A DNA stretch of 62,912 nt, the filler included, from Rhabdomonas costata (lineage: Eukaryota): the NCBI GenBank assembly GCA_019059605.1. It is 30 parts of 30 records of this genome, joined end to end, with 100 filler letters (N's around TTAATTAATTAA, not from the genome) between each part and the next. Parts side by side here need not be neighbours in the genome. Positions count along the whole stretch, not along the records: positions 23,128 to 25,129 come from JAHMHO010006550.1; positions 25,230 to 27,230 come from JAHMHO010006551.1; positions 27,331 to 29,330 come from JAHMHO010006552.1; positions 29,431 to 31,437 come from JAHMHO010006553.1; positions 31,538 to 33,538 come from JAHMHO010006554.1; positions 33,639 to 35,638 come from JAHMHO010006555.1; positions 35,739 to 37,738 come from JAHMHO010006556.1; positions 37,839 to 39,826 come from JAHMHO010006557.1; 22 more parts are not named here. The stretch is one strand, 5' to 3'. Shown here in pieces: positions 24,734 to 37,955 of this stretch. A model generated the notes under the pieces. That model did not search any database. It was not told where the DNA came from and saw nothing but the letters and a program-made list of their open reading frames with translations. Every line of letters begins with the position of its first letter. The first letter of the stretch is position 1. A program made the translations under genes and the position numbers.

Positions 24734-25889
24734 GGCGTTGCTGACATTTTGCTCGTATAAAGTCAGTATCAGTTCCAGAAAAAATCGCCACAAGCCACCA
24801 CACAGACCAGCATTTTAAACCTGTTTACATGCTACTACTCTAATATGACTAACACGAGTTTCCACAACAACGGCTTTTGAAGGCTCTTCCTTTTCTTTTC
24901 TTCAAAAAGAAAAGGAAGAGCTGATGGTATAAGTCATCTCGTTTCAGATTTCTTGTGATCAGTTATAAAATGATGGTTCTCGGATATGTTGCTCGTGTTC
25001 ACCCGCAACAATCATTCTCTAATCTCAAACATCGCAGTTTCTTTTTAACAGCACCTCCCCACAACTTCTCACGATGCTATCCCATTCCCTTGCGGACAGA
25101 ATTGCTGCTTTCCACGCAATTCCAGGGGTNNNNNNNNNNNNNNNNNNNNNNNNNNNNNNNNNNNNNNNNNNNNTTAATTAATTAANNNNNNNNNNNNNNN
25201 NNNNNNNNNNNNNNNNNNNNNNNNNNNNNGGTGTCTGTGGACATCCACATTGCCGTACATCTCGGCGCGGCTTAGTCTCTTGTTTCTCTCATCCATTTCT
25301 CTCCTCCAGCAACCCTTCAGATCGGTCAGGTTGGCCATTCGTTGCATGCTACTCGCCACCCGATAACGCCCATCTACCCTGCTTTGAGACTCGAAAGTGC
25401 AATTTCAGAAAGGACGGTTTCACCGAAGGCACTCACTCCCCAAGACGCCCAGCCTGCTCCGTTTCATCCGGAACGCGTGGGATGGCTGCAGCAGTTGAAG
25501 CGACGGTGGACAAACTTCCCATGGATCAGTGTCAACGTCCTCAGCAGTAAGAACACCCGAGGAATACGAGTGCACTGGGCGGAGCATGCACGCAGCGTAG
25601 TTAGTTGAGAACGGTGTGAGCGATTGCGAGCCAGTGCTGTTGTTTGGCATTGTTGGACTGCTTTTCTGTTCGCCTTTCTCGGGGGGCCTCTGCACCAAAT
25701 GGTCGGCTGGGCCCTTTTGCCTGCACGTGCCCGTTATTCTGGACTTCGCTTGCTGGAGCCCTGGCATATTGCGCACTATCCGGCCAACAGACGTGGGAGG
25801 GGGGGCTACAGTTTGCGTTGGCAGCGGTGACCACTCCCCCCCCCAACGTCAATTGCACCCACAATCCCAGGCCTCCCCCGTGGTCACAG

Positions 25890-26765
25890 ATTGAGCGCGA
25901 GGTGGCGATGCTGATCTACATGGTGCTGGTTCTTATCTTCATCGCGGCAGGTTTCTTCCAGGTCATCGAGAAGGACCACATCGCAACTTTTCTGGACAGC
26001 GTGTACTACGTCACCGTCACTATCGCTACCGTGGGGTTTGAGGGGCTTCTCTCTCCCCTCCCCTCCCCTCGCGGGCTGAACCCCGGACTGCACAGTTTAC
26101 AAAACAGTTAAGCAGTTCAAGCTGCATCTCGTTTTTGCAAAAAAAAAAAATCCAAAAAATTCATTTTAGATTATCGATCCGATAATTGCGTGTGCAGAGG
26201 TGACACGCGACGCAGAAAGAGAAAGCTCAGAAGCCTGGATGCAGGTTTACTTCTTGGTAAACTTGCATTCAATGTTGTAGCACATCACCCTGCCCTGTGC
26301 AGAGGAATTCCCCGATAATTTCCATTCCGTTTCCTCCGTTGGTCGTTGTGAAGCATGGCGTAAGAAGTATGTTTCTGTTGGAGAAAGTTCATGCGTTTTT
26401 GGTTTTGCTAAAGAAGCTAATCCGTACTCCGAGAAGCCATCCAGAGGGAGAGTACTCGAAAGCCCGCTCCGCTGGGAGAAGAATAGACCTCCACGAAAGC
26501 AATACATTGTGAACATTGAACAGGTGGATTCTGTCCCATGGTCATACTGAAAGGCCCAGGTTAGGCCTAGGTGAAAGCGCTTATCTGAGTTTCCCCCGCG
26601 GTTCAGGTACGGGGATATTGCCCCGATCACGGAGCTGGGGCGGTTCTGCGTGTGCGTGTTTATTGCGGTGGCTGTGGTGCTGGTGCCGATGCGGATGAAC
26701 AAGCTGCTGGCCGCGCTGAGCCTGCGCTCGCCCTATGGAGGGCCTTTCCGGCCTCTCTCCACATG
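25890..26765 (+). CDS. Potassium channel pore (BK/Slo-like), exons 25890-26035 and 26607-26765
   Basis: S5 helix, FLDSVYYVTVTIATVG|YGDIAP (the TVGYGD filter is restored by a phase-2 splice), S6 helix, then LRSPYGGPF as in BK-type linkers. Confidence 0.92.
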
Positions 26766-27330
26766 GTGGGTTACCCTCCTGTTGTGTCATTTGCAGTATT
26801 CGTTCTTGTACTTTCCACACACACACACACACACACAAACAAACAACGCGCCACACAAGGCACGCTTACGCACGCATGCATTTACCATGAAGTGCTGGTG
26901 AACCGAGCTACCCACCTGCAGGAGTGCGGGTTTTTTTCTTTTTTCCTGCATCTTCCTTCCCTTGTGCGTCGCCGCGTTGACTGGTCTTCGATCCGCTCCG
27001 TCTCTTTCGCTGAAAGACAACAGTTTCTTTGATAAACCTGAGACGAGCTCAGCATTGCTCAATTTTGAAACGCTGTGCCCTTGCGAAATCTGTGCTACCC
27101 CTCCTCCTCCTCCTCGTTCCCCCCTTATTCCTCTATTCCCGGGTACTTTTGTTGCCTTTACACCCATTCGGAACCAGTACGTCCACTCCGCTCGTTTTCT
27201 TCACGTTTTCCCTCATTGGTCACTTCACCANNNNNNNNNNNNNNNNNNNNNNNNNNNNNNNNNNNNNNNNNNNNTTAATTAATTAANNNNNNNNNNNNNN
27301 NNNNNNNNNNNNNNNNNNNNNNNNNNNNNN

Positions 27331-27458
27331 CATTTGTTTCAGCGATCCTTCCCAAAGCAGGGCATCTAAAGGACTTCCTCAGGTCCAAACGAATGAGGCT
27401 TTGAGACCACCAGCTTCGTCCCCGTCAACTGGTGGTGATAGGTTGTCCAATACTGATC
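27331..27458 (+). repeat. ~130-bp inverted repeat, left copy
   Basis: Reverse complement of 29174-29308, apart from a 7-nt indel and one substitution. Confidence 0.93.
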
Positions 27459-27763
27459 TCTTGATAGGGCGATGGTCATTCATCTCTTCGGGGATGGATC
27501 ACTTTTTTTGACCTTCTGTCTTTGCACTGCAGGTCGGGTTTTGTTCCATTGTTTTTTGTTTGATTAGAGTTTTCGTCCTCGATCGTGTGGTTTTATGAAA
27601 GCAGTGCGAGACTTGATTAAATGGATGTTTCCGCATTTCTCAGGCCAAATACATCACTGCTATCTTTATTCCCCTTTTTTTGTGCTGTGCCTTTTTCCCG
27701 CGGACTTCTTTCCCTCCCCTTCCCTCCCCTTTTTCCGTGTCGTTTGATGTCTCACTTCACATA

Positions 27764-28297
27764 ATGAGTTTCGTAAGGAAGGCTCCGGCGAAGCTGGACG
27801 GTGCTCGAGCAGAACCCGCTCCTCCCCCGGACAGGAAAGGCTCCGCCAACGGCGAAGCCGCCTCTGTTGTGTTGCAACTCAAGGTAGGGCTTTCTCATTA
27901 CCCCTTTGGATCCCATTTTGACTTTCCAACCGTAATTTAAGCTTTCTCCCATGCTTTGAATGCCGCCCCCCCCCCCCCAATCTGCCGCGTTTCTGTAGCT
28001 CTCACTTCTCCTTTTCTTTTGGGTTGCACAATCCCAAGGGCGAGGATCCTTCCAGGCTTCTCGGCTGTTTATTGTTCTGGCACACAATACTGAGGCTATT
28101 CTTCTCTCTGCCCAGGGGGGGAGGTGGGCTGAAATTCGTTTGTTTCGCCCTCGACGCAGGAGCTCTTTCTGTCCGTCTCGGAAAAGAACCAGTCCGCCGA
28201 CGTGCTGTTCGATGGCATCAACCAGATCATCACCAAGCTCATCGTCGCTAAGGACCGAGAGCTCCACAAGGCGAAGCGAAGGGCGGAGCAGCTCGAG
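27764..28297 (+). CDS. 5' exons of an unknown coiled-coil protein (about 27764-27883 and 28160-28297)
   Basis: MSFVRKAPAK...VVLQLK|gtagg...cgcag|ELFLSVSEKNQSADVLFDGINQIITKLIVAKDRELHKAKRRAEQLE|gt, in phase. Confidence 0.6.
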
Positions 28298-29173
28298 GTT
28301 TTCGCTCTTGTATACATCCTTGCACTCGCCGCATGCGGTGCAACCGATCCGATCCGTTCCGATAAACATGCTGAACGAGTACCCTTGCCATGAATTATTT
28401 TTTGTTCTAGCTTTCTAACCAAAGTAAATGCCCCTTACCCCAGCAACACCCATCCAGCGAATAATTTTTTGAACACACGGCGTACCTGCCCCCATCAGCA
28501 GCCTGCGTTTAGTGAGTTATAATGGGGCGCTCTTTGCCCCCAGCCCACTCGTTCCCATCTTCTCTCCACCCATTACAAATCCATTCCCTTCCTTTGTCCT
28601 GTGGAGACCAAACTTTCCCACATCCTGGCAATATCTGTTTTGCCAATGGTGCTGAAGTCATTTGGGGATGGTCCACCATCAAAAAAAAAAGGCGAAACTG
28701 ATGTTTCACAGCTTTCCCCGACTCTCTTACCGGATCACACAATACAAATTGACCTTATGTTCCGGTATTCTTTCCCACCCCATGTTGTAGACAGCATGTG
28801 CCGTCACGGCACCATTCAGTGGCACACCATGATCTGCTCCTCGAGCCATTGGTTATGAGACGAATGTCCTTTCCTGCCTTCTTCTATGGCGTAACAAAAA
28901 GTTTGCGTTGGCAGACAGTGAAAAACCCACAAAAGGCACCCCTGCTGATTAAGATGGGAACAGTGTAGATGGAGTGCGTTGAACAGTGCTCCAGCAGGGC
29001 TGTGGTGGACGAGTGGGACAGCATCAGCTGGCATGGCTGAGGACTGGGCTGAACCTGAACATGAGAAGATTCGCAGTCCCAAACGTTTGGCAGCGCTAAA
29101 TTTTAACACCCCCAAAAAGAAACGTTGAGAAAAGAAGTCAGTGTTTCTCGAAGGACCGGGTGGGCCCAATAAT

Positions 29174-29308
29174 GATCAGTATTGGACAACCTATCACCAC
29201 CAGTTGACGGGGACGAAGCTGGTGGTCTCAAGTCTCAAAGCCTCATTCGTTTGGACCTGAGGAAGTCCTTTAGATGCCATGCTTTGGGAAGGATCGCTGA
29301 AACAAATG
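29174..29308 (-). repeat. ~135-bp inverted repeat, right copy
   Basis: Partner of 27331-27458. Confidence 0.93.
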
Positions 29309-29554
29309 GTTACAGCGCCTTGGCCACAACNNNNNNNNNNNNNNNNNNNNNNNNNNNNNNNNNNNNNNNNNNNNTTAATTAATTAANNNNNNNNNNNNNN
29401 NNNNNNNNNNNNNNNNNNNNNNNNNNNNNNTGCACGAAGACTGGTGCTTCATCCAAATAAAATATCTATTTGTATTTCTCCGCGGCGTTGACCTTCTTTC
29501 CCCCCCCCCCGTCGCCATAGCATTATTATGCGGAGCCCAACTTTTCCCTCGTAG

Positions 29555-29845
29555 GAGCAAAAGGACGCCACCCAGCTCAAGATACTTTCCTACGAGCTGG
29601 GGGTGCTTTTTCTGCCATCAACCCTTGCCCGCGCTGGCACTGGAACCGAGGGGGTGGTGCTGCGTGTCGGGACCGGCCCTTCCCCCTCGGCTCCGAAAAT
29701 TCACCGGCAGGACGGTGACCTAGCAGAATGGTGGTTTCCGCTACCCTACGACATCCCCCCGCAGGCTTATTGCAAAGACGACCTTCCGTGGGCCTGGGAC
29801 CGAAAGTACACAGCAAAGGACGTGCTGGGCAAGACGTGGGCATAA
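29555..29845 (+). CDS. TDP1: Tyrosyl-DNA phosphodiesterase 1, last exon
   Basis: EQKDATQLKILSYELGVLFLPS...FPLPYDIPPQAY...LPWAWDRKY...DVLGKTW* matches the TDP1 C-terminus. Confidence 0.9.
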   Translation, partial: EQKDATQLKILSYELGVLFLPSTLARAGTGTEGVVLRVGTGPSPSAPKIHRQDGDLAEWWFPLPYDIPPQAYCKDDLPWAWDRKYTAKDVLGKTWA

Positions 29846-29993
29846 GTCTCGTGTGCCTGCTGGAGGGCTGAGGGCAAACTTTGTCGCGTCTTCATATCGG
29901 TCGCAGTCCGCGTCGGGACTGCTCGGCGCTTTAGTACACGGTCGTTTGCAATTGCACGCCTGTGAGGTTTTCACATCGTTGAGGAAGCAGTTA

Positions 29994-29996
<3 letters not shown>

Positions 29997-30036
<40 letters not shown>
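29997..30036. repeat. (CA)n microsatellite
   Basis: Seen directly. Confidence 0.95.
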
Positions 30037-30038
<2 letters not shown>

Positions 30039-31599
30039 CGTGCGTAACGATCGCTACACAGCCTGGGATTTCAGCAAGATTTTTCAGGGAAGCCAGAGGG
30101 TGGTGCTTGTTTTCCCCGACAACCCGGCGGTTTATCCAGCACGTGGTGTGTCATCCAGAGCAGCGGAACAGGGCGGTATCTCAGGTGCTTCCAGTAAACT
30201 TGAAGTTTGTACCTGTGTCTGGACTTCCAGTACACGTTGCGAATTCCAGATGTTGACATGCCTTCTGCTCGCTACTTTCTGCAAAGATGCGTTCTTTTGC
30301 CTAATGATGTTGAAGAGACCCCGGGTCTGTTTCGGCTTTGCACGCCGCGTCGTAAGGGTAGCAGAGAGTGAGGCAGCTAATATCCGCGTGAATAAAGGGT
30401 TGAAACGAAGCAGATGAGATGTCTTAAACACTTTGACGAGTCAGGGCATGCTTGCCCAATGTTGATGGGGGGTGTCATCGCCATCTCTCCATTGGAGCTG
30501 TTCGAAAGCATTCTGAGACAAAGTCCAGTGATGTCGAGGAATGCGATTTTGGCTGTCTTTGCGTATGTATCTTCCGCTTCGACTCTCGGCCATACCCCAA
30601 TTGGAGGGCGACCGATTTCCTGCTTTAGCGTCATCATGTCTCTTTTGGCAGCCCTTATCTTGCTCTTCGTTGTCCCTCAGCAGGCCCAACGCTTCGACCA
30701 GTGTCAGATTATTTTCAGTAACATGTCTCAGCGGTACTCCTTTCGCAACCCTAGACAGTTGTCCTCCTCCAATGCGGTTCCCTCCAGTTCTGCGCCGGCG
30801 GAGGACCTGCTGCTCGGTGGTAGCGAAGCCTACGAGAGTGATTCACAGGCGCATTCGGAGCCCCACTCCGGTCCTTGTGTTGTCAACGTGCGATGGAGAA
30901 GGGATAGCGTTCCAGTGGCAAATACACAGATCGCTGGCCGAGGACAACTACCAGAAACGTTGATCCCCGGCTTTGAATTGTCTTCTGCTGACGCTATCGA
31001 GTCCGTGTCACCCGGGTGATCTTTTTGATCTTATACTCCAAAGTTGAGGAAGGGCGTATCATCGATAACATTTTCTTTGCCACGTTGACCACTGTTGCTG
31101 TAACATCGTTCGCATGTTTCACAGGTTCCGCAGATTCGCCAACTCCGAAGAAAGCCCGTTTAAGTATTCGAAGGCGAGAAGAACCGCCCTTTTCTGCAAT
31201 AGCTGTGCGGGGCAGCGGCATTTCGACACAGAGCTCCTCCACAGTGCATACTGGAGTGGTATCCGTCTAGCCGTCTTATTGCTCCTGTTTGTGGACTCGG
31301 ACAATGGGCTTTCCATATATCACGTTTACAATTTTCTTTTGCACTTTGACACAGTAAAAGACACACACACACACACACACGCAACCAAGCCCAACCCCAG
31401 GTCCTCCGCGGGTGAAGGAGGATAGGCCAAAAAACCCNNNNNNNNNNNNNNNNNNNNNNNNNNNNNNNNNNNNNNNNNNNNTTAATTAATTAANNNNNNN
31501 NNNNNNNNNNNNNNNNNNNNNNNNNNNNNNNNNNNNNAGGCTGTGCTTTGCTTGATTTGTGTGAGCGGGGGTAAACGCACCGTTGTGAGAAAGGGGGCG

Positions 31600-31685
31600 C
31601 AGGTGTCCTGCGGGGAAATGTGCTGGGGCTGCTGCGAGGGCCTTGGCAGAGGCTCAGGGACATAGCGGGAGGAAGTGCAGCCCAT
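31600..31685 (-). CDS. Probable first exon of an N-myristoylated/palmitoylated protein
   Basis: MGCTSS start after a long pyrimidine-rich upstream tract. Confidence 0.45.
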
Positions 31686-33029
31686 TGTCAGAAGGGTTTA
31701 TCCCGAAATAAGAAAAAAGAAAGAGACAACAGAAGATGTGACGAGAAAAAGGGGTCGTACACAAAAAACAAAGGGGGATGGTAGCGGCCAGGCGGGGAGG
31801 AGGTTCGAGGGTTCGGAAATAAAAAAGTTACATAGTGGGAAGGTAGTGCGGGTGTGGCTGGGGAGAAGTCGACAAAGCTCGACGACGTACGATGCTTTCA
31901 GAGAAGTGATTACGAAGGTGAAGTTAAGAACATTATGGGAGAGAAAAAACCTGCAGAGAAGAGAGAAGAAATAGAGAGAAAGATCGAAACGCCCGATGAG
32001 CAGATGTCGCTGAACACAATCAAATACACCGTGAGTGACTCCTAGCTGCCGTCCCCGATGCTCGACCTTTGGCGCTCCTTTGGCGAGTTACCTGCACTCA
32101 CTCTCGAGGGTATATATACAAGATGACGGGGGAGTGTTTCTGGTGTAGTGCGTGCACCTTCAACCCCAACCTTCAACCTGATTTTGTAGCGCTCAGCCCT
32201 GGAATGTGTCCTCCAACTGCTCTAACAAAAGTACCAATTTAAGATAGGGCCTGCTATGCAAAAGTTGGGAGGGTGCTTCGCACTACCACGAGAGGGTGGT
32301 TCGACTTTTCTGGGTTGACTTTAATGTCGTAGCATTTTCCCGGTCAAATTCTTGACTAGCTCCACTCGTATACGTACACGCTTGAAGAAACGTTCTTGAT
32401 TTTGACAGAGGGGGAGAATAGCTGCGTTGAACATTGAAAAGGGTACGTCCGAAAATTTGCGAACATCAAGGGAAAGCTGGTGTAAATAACAAGTCCTTGG
32501 GCCCCCCATTTGACACCACCTGGAGGGAACGGTTCCTAGGTTGCTTGCTTATGGAGACAGGGATCCAAAAAAGCCCGGTTTCACCAAACTTTGAATCAAG
32601 TTGGAAATAATGGTACTTGTGTGTGAAGGTTGTGCTCGACCAAGTGGAAAAAAGGAGTTCCTCATATCGATCAGAAGCCCTCCTGTGGGAAATCACCCCA
32701 CCAAGGATATGTTGGCACAAAGCGACGCCAGCGGGTAAACCGGGCAAAGTGAGCACAACATAACACAGCGCAGCGGGAGAGCAAAGTGCATTGGGGTTGA
32801 GACAGACACCTGAACCTGAACCTTGGACTCACTGGGGTTGGGGTGTGGGGTTACTTTCATCTTTTAAGACCTCACCACGGCGCCGAGAAATCCGATTCCA
32901 AACAAAGACATCGGCGGGTTTCTGGAGATGAGGGTAGAAATCGGAGCTCAGCCTCGCAGCGACACGCCCTACACACAGAGATGAAAGCGACAAGCGGAGA
33001 AAACAGTGCATTCCCTCCGCAACGCACAG

Positions 33030-33085
33030 CGAGGTATACCATTGGCCGGGGCCACGAGGTGAGCAACCTCGTCAACGACCTCAGC
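33030..33085 (+). CDS. Possible FHA-domain micro-exon
   Basis: cacag|RYTIGRGHEVSNLVNDLS|gtagg resembles the FHA IGR...NDxSVSR block. Very short. Confidence 0.35.
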
Positions 33086-35207
33086 GTAGGGCATTCCCCC
33101 TTAAAACGCAGCACAACGCAGCCTGTACACGCAGAGTCTATTGACCCTCTCTACTCTCCCACAAACAGCCACTCCTCCTGTTGCCGGGGGGAAAAGTAGA
33201 GAACGGAGGTGTGGGTGGGGGAGCACTCTACTTGCCTTCTACTTTCTAGTGCTGCATAAAACAAAAACCTCACATGAATCGCTGGCATAACTGACCCGCA
33301 GCGCCCGCCCTCTTTCAACCACCGGTCCAATTGGGTGAGAAATGGGACAACGGGGAGGCTTTTAGGAGAACGAGACGGGTTCAAGTGCGGACGGTGGCGG
33401 GCCGCTGAAGGCCACAATGTTAGCCGTCTCCAGCTCCTGAACGCGGAAGAAAGGTACAGCATGGAGGTTTCAATCTCCAGTTGGATGTCTCTGACAGCGG
33501 GTTGATATGAGCATTTCAACAGAGTACTACAAACCCCCNNNNNNNNNNNNNNNNNNNNNNNNNNNNNNNNNNNNNNNNNNNNTTAATTAATTAANNNNNN
33601 NNNNNNNNNNNNNNNNNNNNNNNNNNNNNNNNNNNNNNTTGTGTTTGTCTGGGTCTGATGCCGATGTCGCTTCGCGGCGGCTGGCCTCCGCCCCTAATGT
33701 TGTCCCAATCGAATCACAATGTCCGAAACGTTTAACGCCCCCCCCCCCAATACAATTGTCCCAAAGTTGCATTGTTAATTGCAAGTATCTGCGAAAAACA
33801 CTGTTGACTTCATACGCGATTGCGTCTGCAAGACGGAGGTGGTGCATGCTAAAGCTTTCTTCTGTTGGAATTCAAGAAGAGGATCATCTCCAGTGAATTT
33901 GGGCGGAGGGGGGTGGGGTGTCTCGCTCCGCAGGCCAGTTTGAGCGATGACTCCGCTCCATCTCAATCTGTTCCGTATGTGGCGTGTACGGGTGCGGGGT
34001 TGTTTTCAATCTTTCATTCTCGCCAAAACTCTCCAAGCAAGACGGAGGGCGCCCATCCTCAAACACCCGTTGAATGGATTGTTGCTACTCAGCACGAGGT
34101 GTTTGGCGCACGGTGAATGAGCGTTCTTGTGAATGTCGGTTGCTGTGAGAATCTTCCCTTTTCGTCATGTTTTACGCCCTTCGTCGTCCGCTGATGCATA
34201 CATGTCACACCAAAAATCTGAGTCTCGTCAGAGGGTTTGGTTTAGCACACCCACTCACAAAGCATATTCGGACCCTCAGGCCACCCTCACCGTCACTCAA
34301 CTCATACTGGGTTTTCGTTCGCGTTCTGTAAACTGCTTCACGCCTCTCGTTGAGCCCTAGGTAGGCGACGGGTGTAATATCGCTGGGAGTGCCTATCACA
34401 TCTGCCTGCACCTGATTGCCACACTGGAGGTGATAGTTTGCCCTGTATTTGCCTGCACGTGATTCCGGGCTTGGATGTGCATGTGCTTGGGGGCGCAACA
34501 GTTCTGAGGAGCGGTTGATCGGCCTTCGCGTTGGTCGACGAGCAGCGGAGAAGCCGTGAGGATGGGATCCGCCACCGCTCCTTCGAGTTGTGCATGCCGA
34601 TTTCTTCCCGAACTTCACTGGCCTGCATACACAACTACACAGACAGACACACTCTAGTGCGCCACTGTGCGCTTGGCGGACGGGATAGCAATAGGGTGAG
34701 GGCGAGAGCTGTAAAGTATTCTGTCCAGCTATGCTATTTAGGATGCTATCGGCCCTCTATCCTTGTGTTCCCACCTGCGGGGATGTGCCTGCGTCGGGTT
34801 ATAGATATGCGGATTCAGAATACAGTTGCAGTTCCCTCTCAGTTTCTAGCGATGGGTCGGAGCTGTGTGATTGGGCTGAGATCGTGTGGCCTTTTGGCCC
34901 TCTTTCCGGTTCAGGCTGGGAAGATGTGGGTAGGTTTGAATTTTCCTGCCGTGATGCGGATTCCAATTTTTTTAGATGAAGTGTTGGTTGAATGGTTTGG
35001 GTGAAGCCAATTAACGTGCGTTATCTATTCTTTTTCTGGTCTTAACGTGCGCTAGATTTGTTTGACACTTATCTTTATGGTCTCGTCCCCCCTCCCCCTC
35101 CAAGTCCATTGTCATCAGGGCAGGGAGGGGTAGTGGATCAGTCATTTGTTGACTGAGTTACCTTTGGTGGTATGTCATGACAAATGGACGGCGTTCGGAA
35201 GTCCAAA

Positions 35208-35284
35208 TTTATTCATTAATTCAAGTGTTCATTAATTCAAATCATTAATTCAATTCGTTAATTCAGTTCAATTCATTAATTCAA
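35208..35284. repeat. Degenerate tandem (ATTCATTAATTCA)-like repeat
   Basis: About five TTAATTCA-containing units, seen directly. Confidence 0.8.
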
Positions 35285-36022
35285 TGTGAAGAAAGAGCAC
35301 GTGAGTCGTTGGGACGGCTTTTGACGGCTTAGGGGCTCCTTTTTCACTGCTTCCTCGTCTCTTTCCACTTCTGACACCCTCACGCCCTCTTCCATCTCGT
35401 TTCAAACACACGATCTCTTTTCTCTCTTCTCTTTCCTTTCGGGGCTCACCTCTGTGAGGCCTGTCCAGTAGACACCACGAGCACCTCCAGAATGGACAAA
35501 CTTGGCGGCCGCAGCCGGGACTTCGCCGCGAGGGTGCAGCCAGTGCGGCTTCTGGCGCGCTCGGACATGCCGCCGTCCCCGACGACTCGGAAGCCCTGGG
35601 GCCTCAGCCCCTCTCCCAGACCCCAAACACACCCACAANNNNNNNNNNNNNNNNNNNNNNNNNNNNNNNNNNNNNNNNNNNNTTAATTAATTAANNNNNN
35701 NNNNNNNNNNNNNNNNNNNNNNNNNNNNNNNNNNNNNNTTTGTTGTGGCGAAAGCAAAAAAGGCTGCGAAGCAGACCTTGAATGCCTTGAGGTGGGCGAA
35801 CATAAACTTGACTTTCCTAATTTCTTGTGTACCCTGTATATCTTTCTTGTGTGGGGTTGGTATGATAACCCAAAACATGGTGGGGGACAGGGGTCCCGTT
35901 GAAAAACGTCGTCACCATATTCCGTTAAATCATGCTCACGAAATCACACAAATCATCACGAAAAATTGGAGAGAGCGCCAACCCTCCACTCCTATACAGA
36001 GCAGTGATTGTATGAACGCCAC

Positions 36023-37300
36023 CTGTAGCGAGGATTCTTCCAGCAGCCCGGCGGCCATGTCGAAGGCCTCCTTCCAGGGCTGAGGCCTCAGCACAGCCAG
36101 GGCGGAGTATGCCGGGGAGAGCCGCTGGTCCCGCCAGTGATACCAGATCATCCTTTGCCGCAATTAGTTCGAGCACTCGCCCACCCACACCCAGACAGCC
36201 AACCACAATTCGCAAACGACAGGAACACATGCAAAGAGACGCCGCAGCAAAGTACAGGGGAGTGATAGAACGTTCCAGTAATAATTTGATGTTTTGAAGA
36301 GGATCATGCAAAAGATATCGGCGATCTCGAAATCATTGCATTTTACTGAGTGGGGGTGGGGGGCAGAAGAAGAAGGGTGGAGGCCAGCCGTGACTTTTCG
36401 CGAATGTTGTCTCCACACAGACGAATTTCCTGAACACAAAATGCCACTTCACGGGGCGATGACCCCGGGGCTACACGTTCAAAACAAAGCGACCTCCACT
36501 TTGCAGTCTTGAAGATCTGCAGCTGTGTGAGAATCTCGGTGGCGACCGCGACCAAGACTTCCTGGGTGGCCGCCTCAAAGATGGCATCGATCTCTCGCTG
36601 CAGAGCGGCAGCAACTGCCTCAGCTGCACAAACACACATGGGCCCACCACACACACAGGAGAAAATGCGGAGAAGGAATGGCCGTGGGCGGTATTCGGCC
36701 ACAACCTGGCATCCACTTTTTTGAAAGGAAAACTTGTCGGAAAAGCGACTCGCTGCCCATTGAAACTCTGTGGACGATGTGTTTGCCGGGACAGGCACAT
36801 TTGAGCAGAAAACACGGGTGCAACCGAAAAAGCGTAGCAATTCCTCAAGAACACAAGCCACCTCCACAGCAGCTCATTCACCTGCCACCCCGTTGGCAAT
36901 TAAAACAAACACGTCTGACTTTCCATAAAATCATAAAGCGTTTCCCCGTCAAGAGGCACAAAAAACCTTCCGTGGGCAAGAAAGGAATCCATACACAGGA
37001 CAAAGCTTTCGAGAGAAAGAGGCTGCCTTTCCTTCCTGCTCCAACACCTGCCCCACCCAGGTAGCTGCAAAGCCATTGTCCCTGTGATGCAACACCTGCC
37101 CGGACCATTTCCTCTGAGAATGGACCGAAACGCTTTCTACGCTTTCTATAACTCCAGAAGCAGACCACACCCCAACTACGAAGAAGCTCGTGGTGGGCAG
37201 CCTCCCAAATCCGCTGCCTGTCCTGCAGCAGCGCACACAGCAGGGCAGCGGCACCCCGGAGGACAGCAAGGTCAGTGTGACCCCGAACGGCAAGCACAGC
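36023..37300 (-). CDS. Exons of an unknown alpha-helical protein
   Basis: GC-rich segments AVRGHTDLAVLRGAAALLCALLQD, AEAVAAALQREIDAIFEAATQEVLVAVATEILTQLQIFK and PQPWKEAFDMAAGLLEESSLQ|gt. Confidence 0.4.
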
Positions 37301-37955
37301 ACGAGTCCTGATCTGTGGGGTGGAAACAGGAATCAAGACAAGAGACCCAAGCTCGGGGAAGCAAAAGAAAGAATCCCCACTCCACCCCACCCCGCCTTAA
37401 TATCGGTACTTACACTGCTTCGTGCTTCGGAGCAATTACGAAACGCACAATCGACGGATGTTATGTTGTTGTTCCGGAGAAGGTGCAATCAGCAATCGGC
37501 TAGCGATCGCTGCCCGAAAAAATACATTTTTTAATGGAATGCCAGTGCTCGTGATCAGGCCAGAGCTTATCGTCGAGTTTTCAACTTTCTTTTAAGACTG
37601 ACTGTGTATCCACGCTTCCTTCTCTTCAATGGGATCTGCTTCTAACGAGCACCTGGTGCTGATATCAGCGCGAAAGTGACAAGGTGTCAAGGTTAGCTCT
37701 CTCCCGACTTCGTGCAAACGTGCCATCCACAAAAAAAANNNNNNNNNNNNNNNNNNNNNNNNNNNNNNNNNNNNNNNNNNNNTTAATTAATTAANNNNNN
37801 NNNNNNNNNNNNNNNNNNNNNNNNNNNNNNNNNNNNNNTTTTGGTTGGTTTTTGCACGAGCCATTCATCCCGCAAAGCCGTACTTGCATAGGGGCAAGTG
37901 CGCTTGTGTGTATACGTATACAGTTTTTCTTTGTCCTTGCATTCTTCACTTGACC

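Noticed and set aside
29243-29315. Hammerhead-like CTGAGGA...GAAAC inside the inverted repeat
   Set aside because: No stem I can be formed in type I or type III topology.
30414-31270. 201-aa ORF and the adjacent ORF downstream of TDP1
   Set aside because: No recognisable motif and no in-phase splice found.
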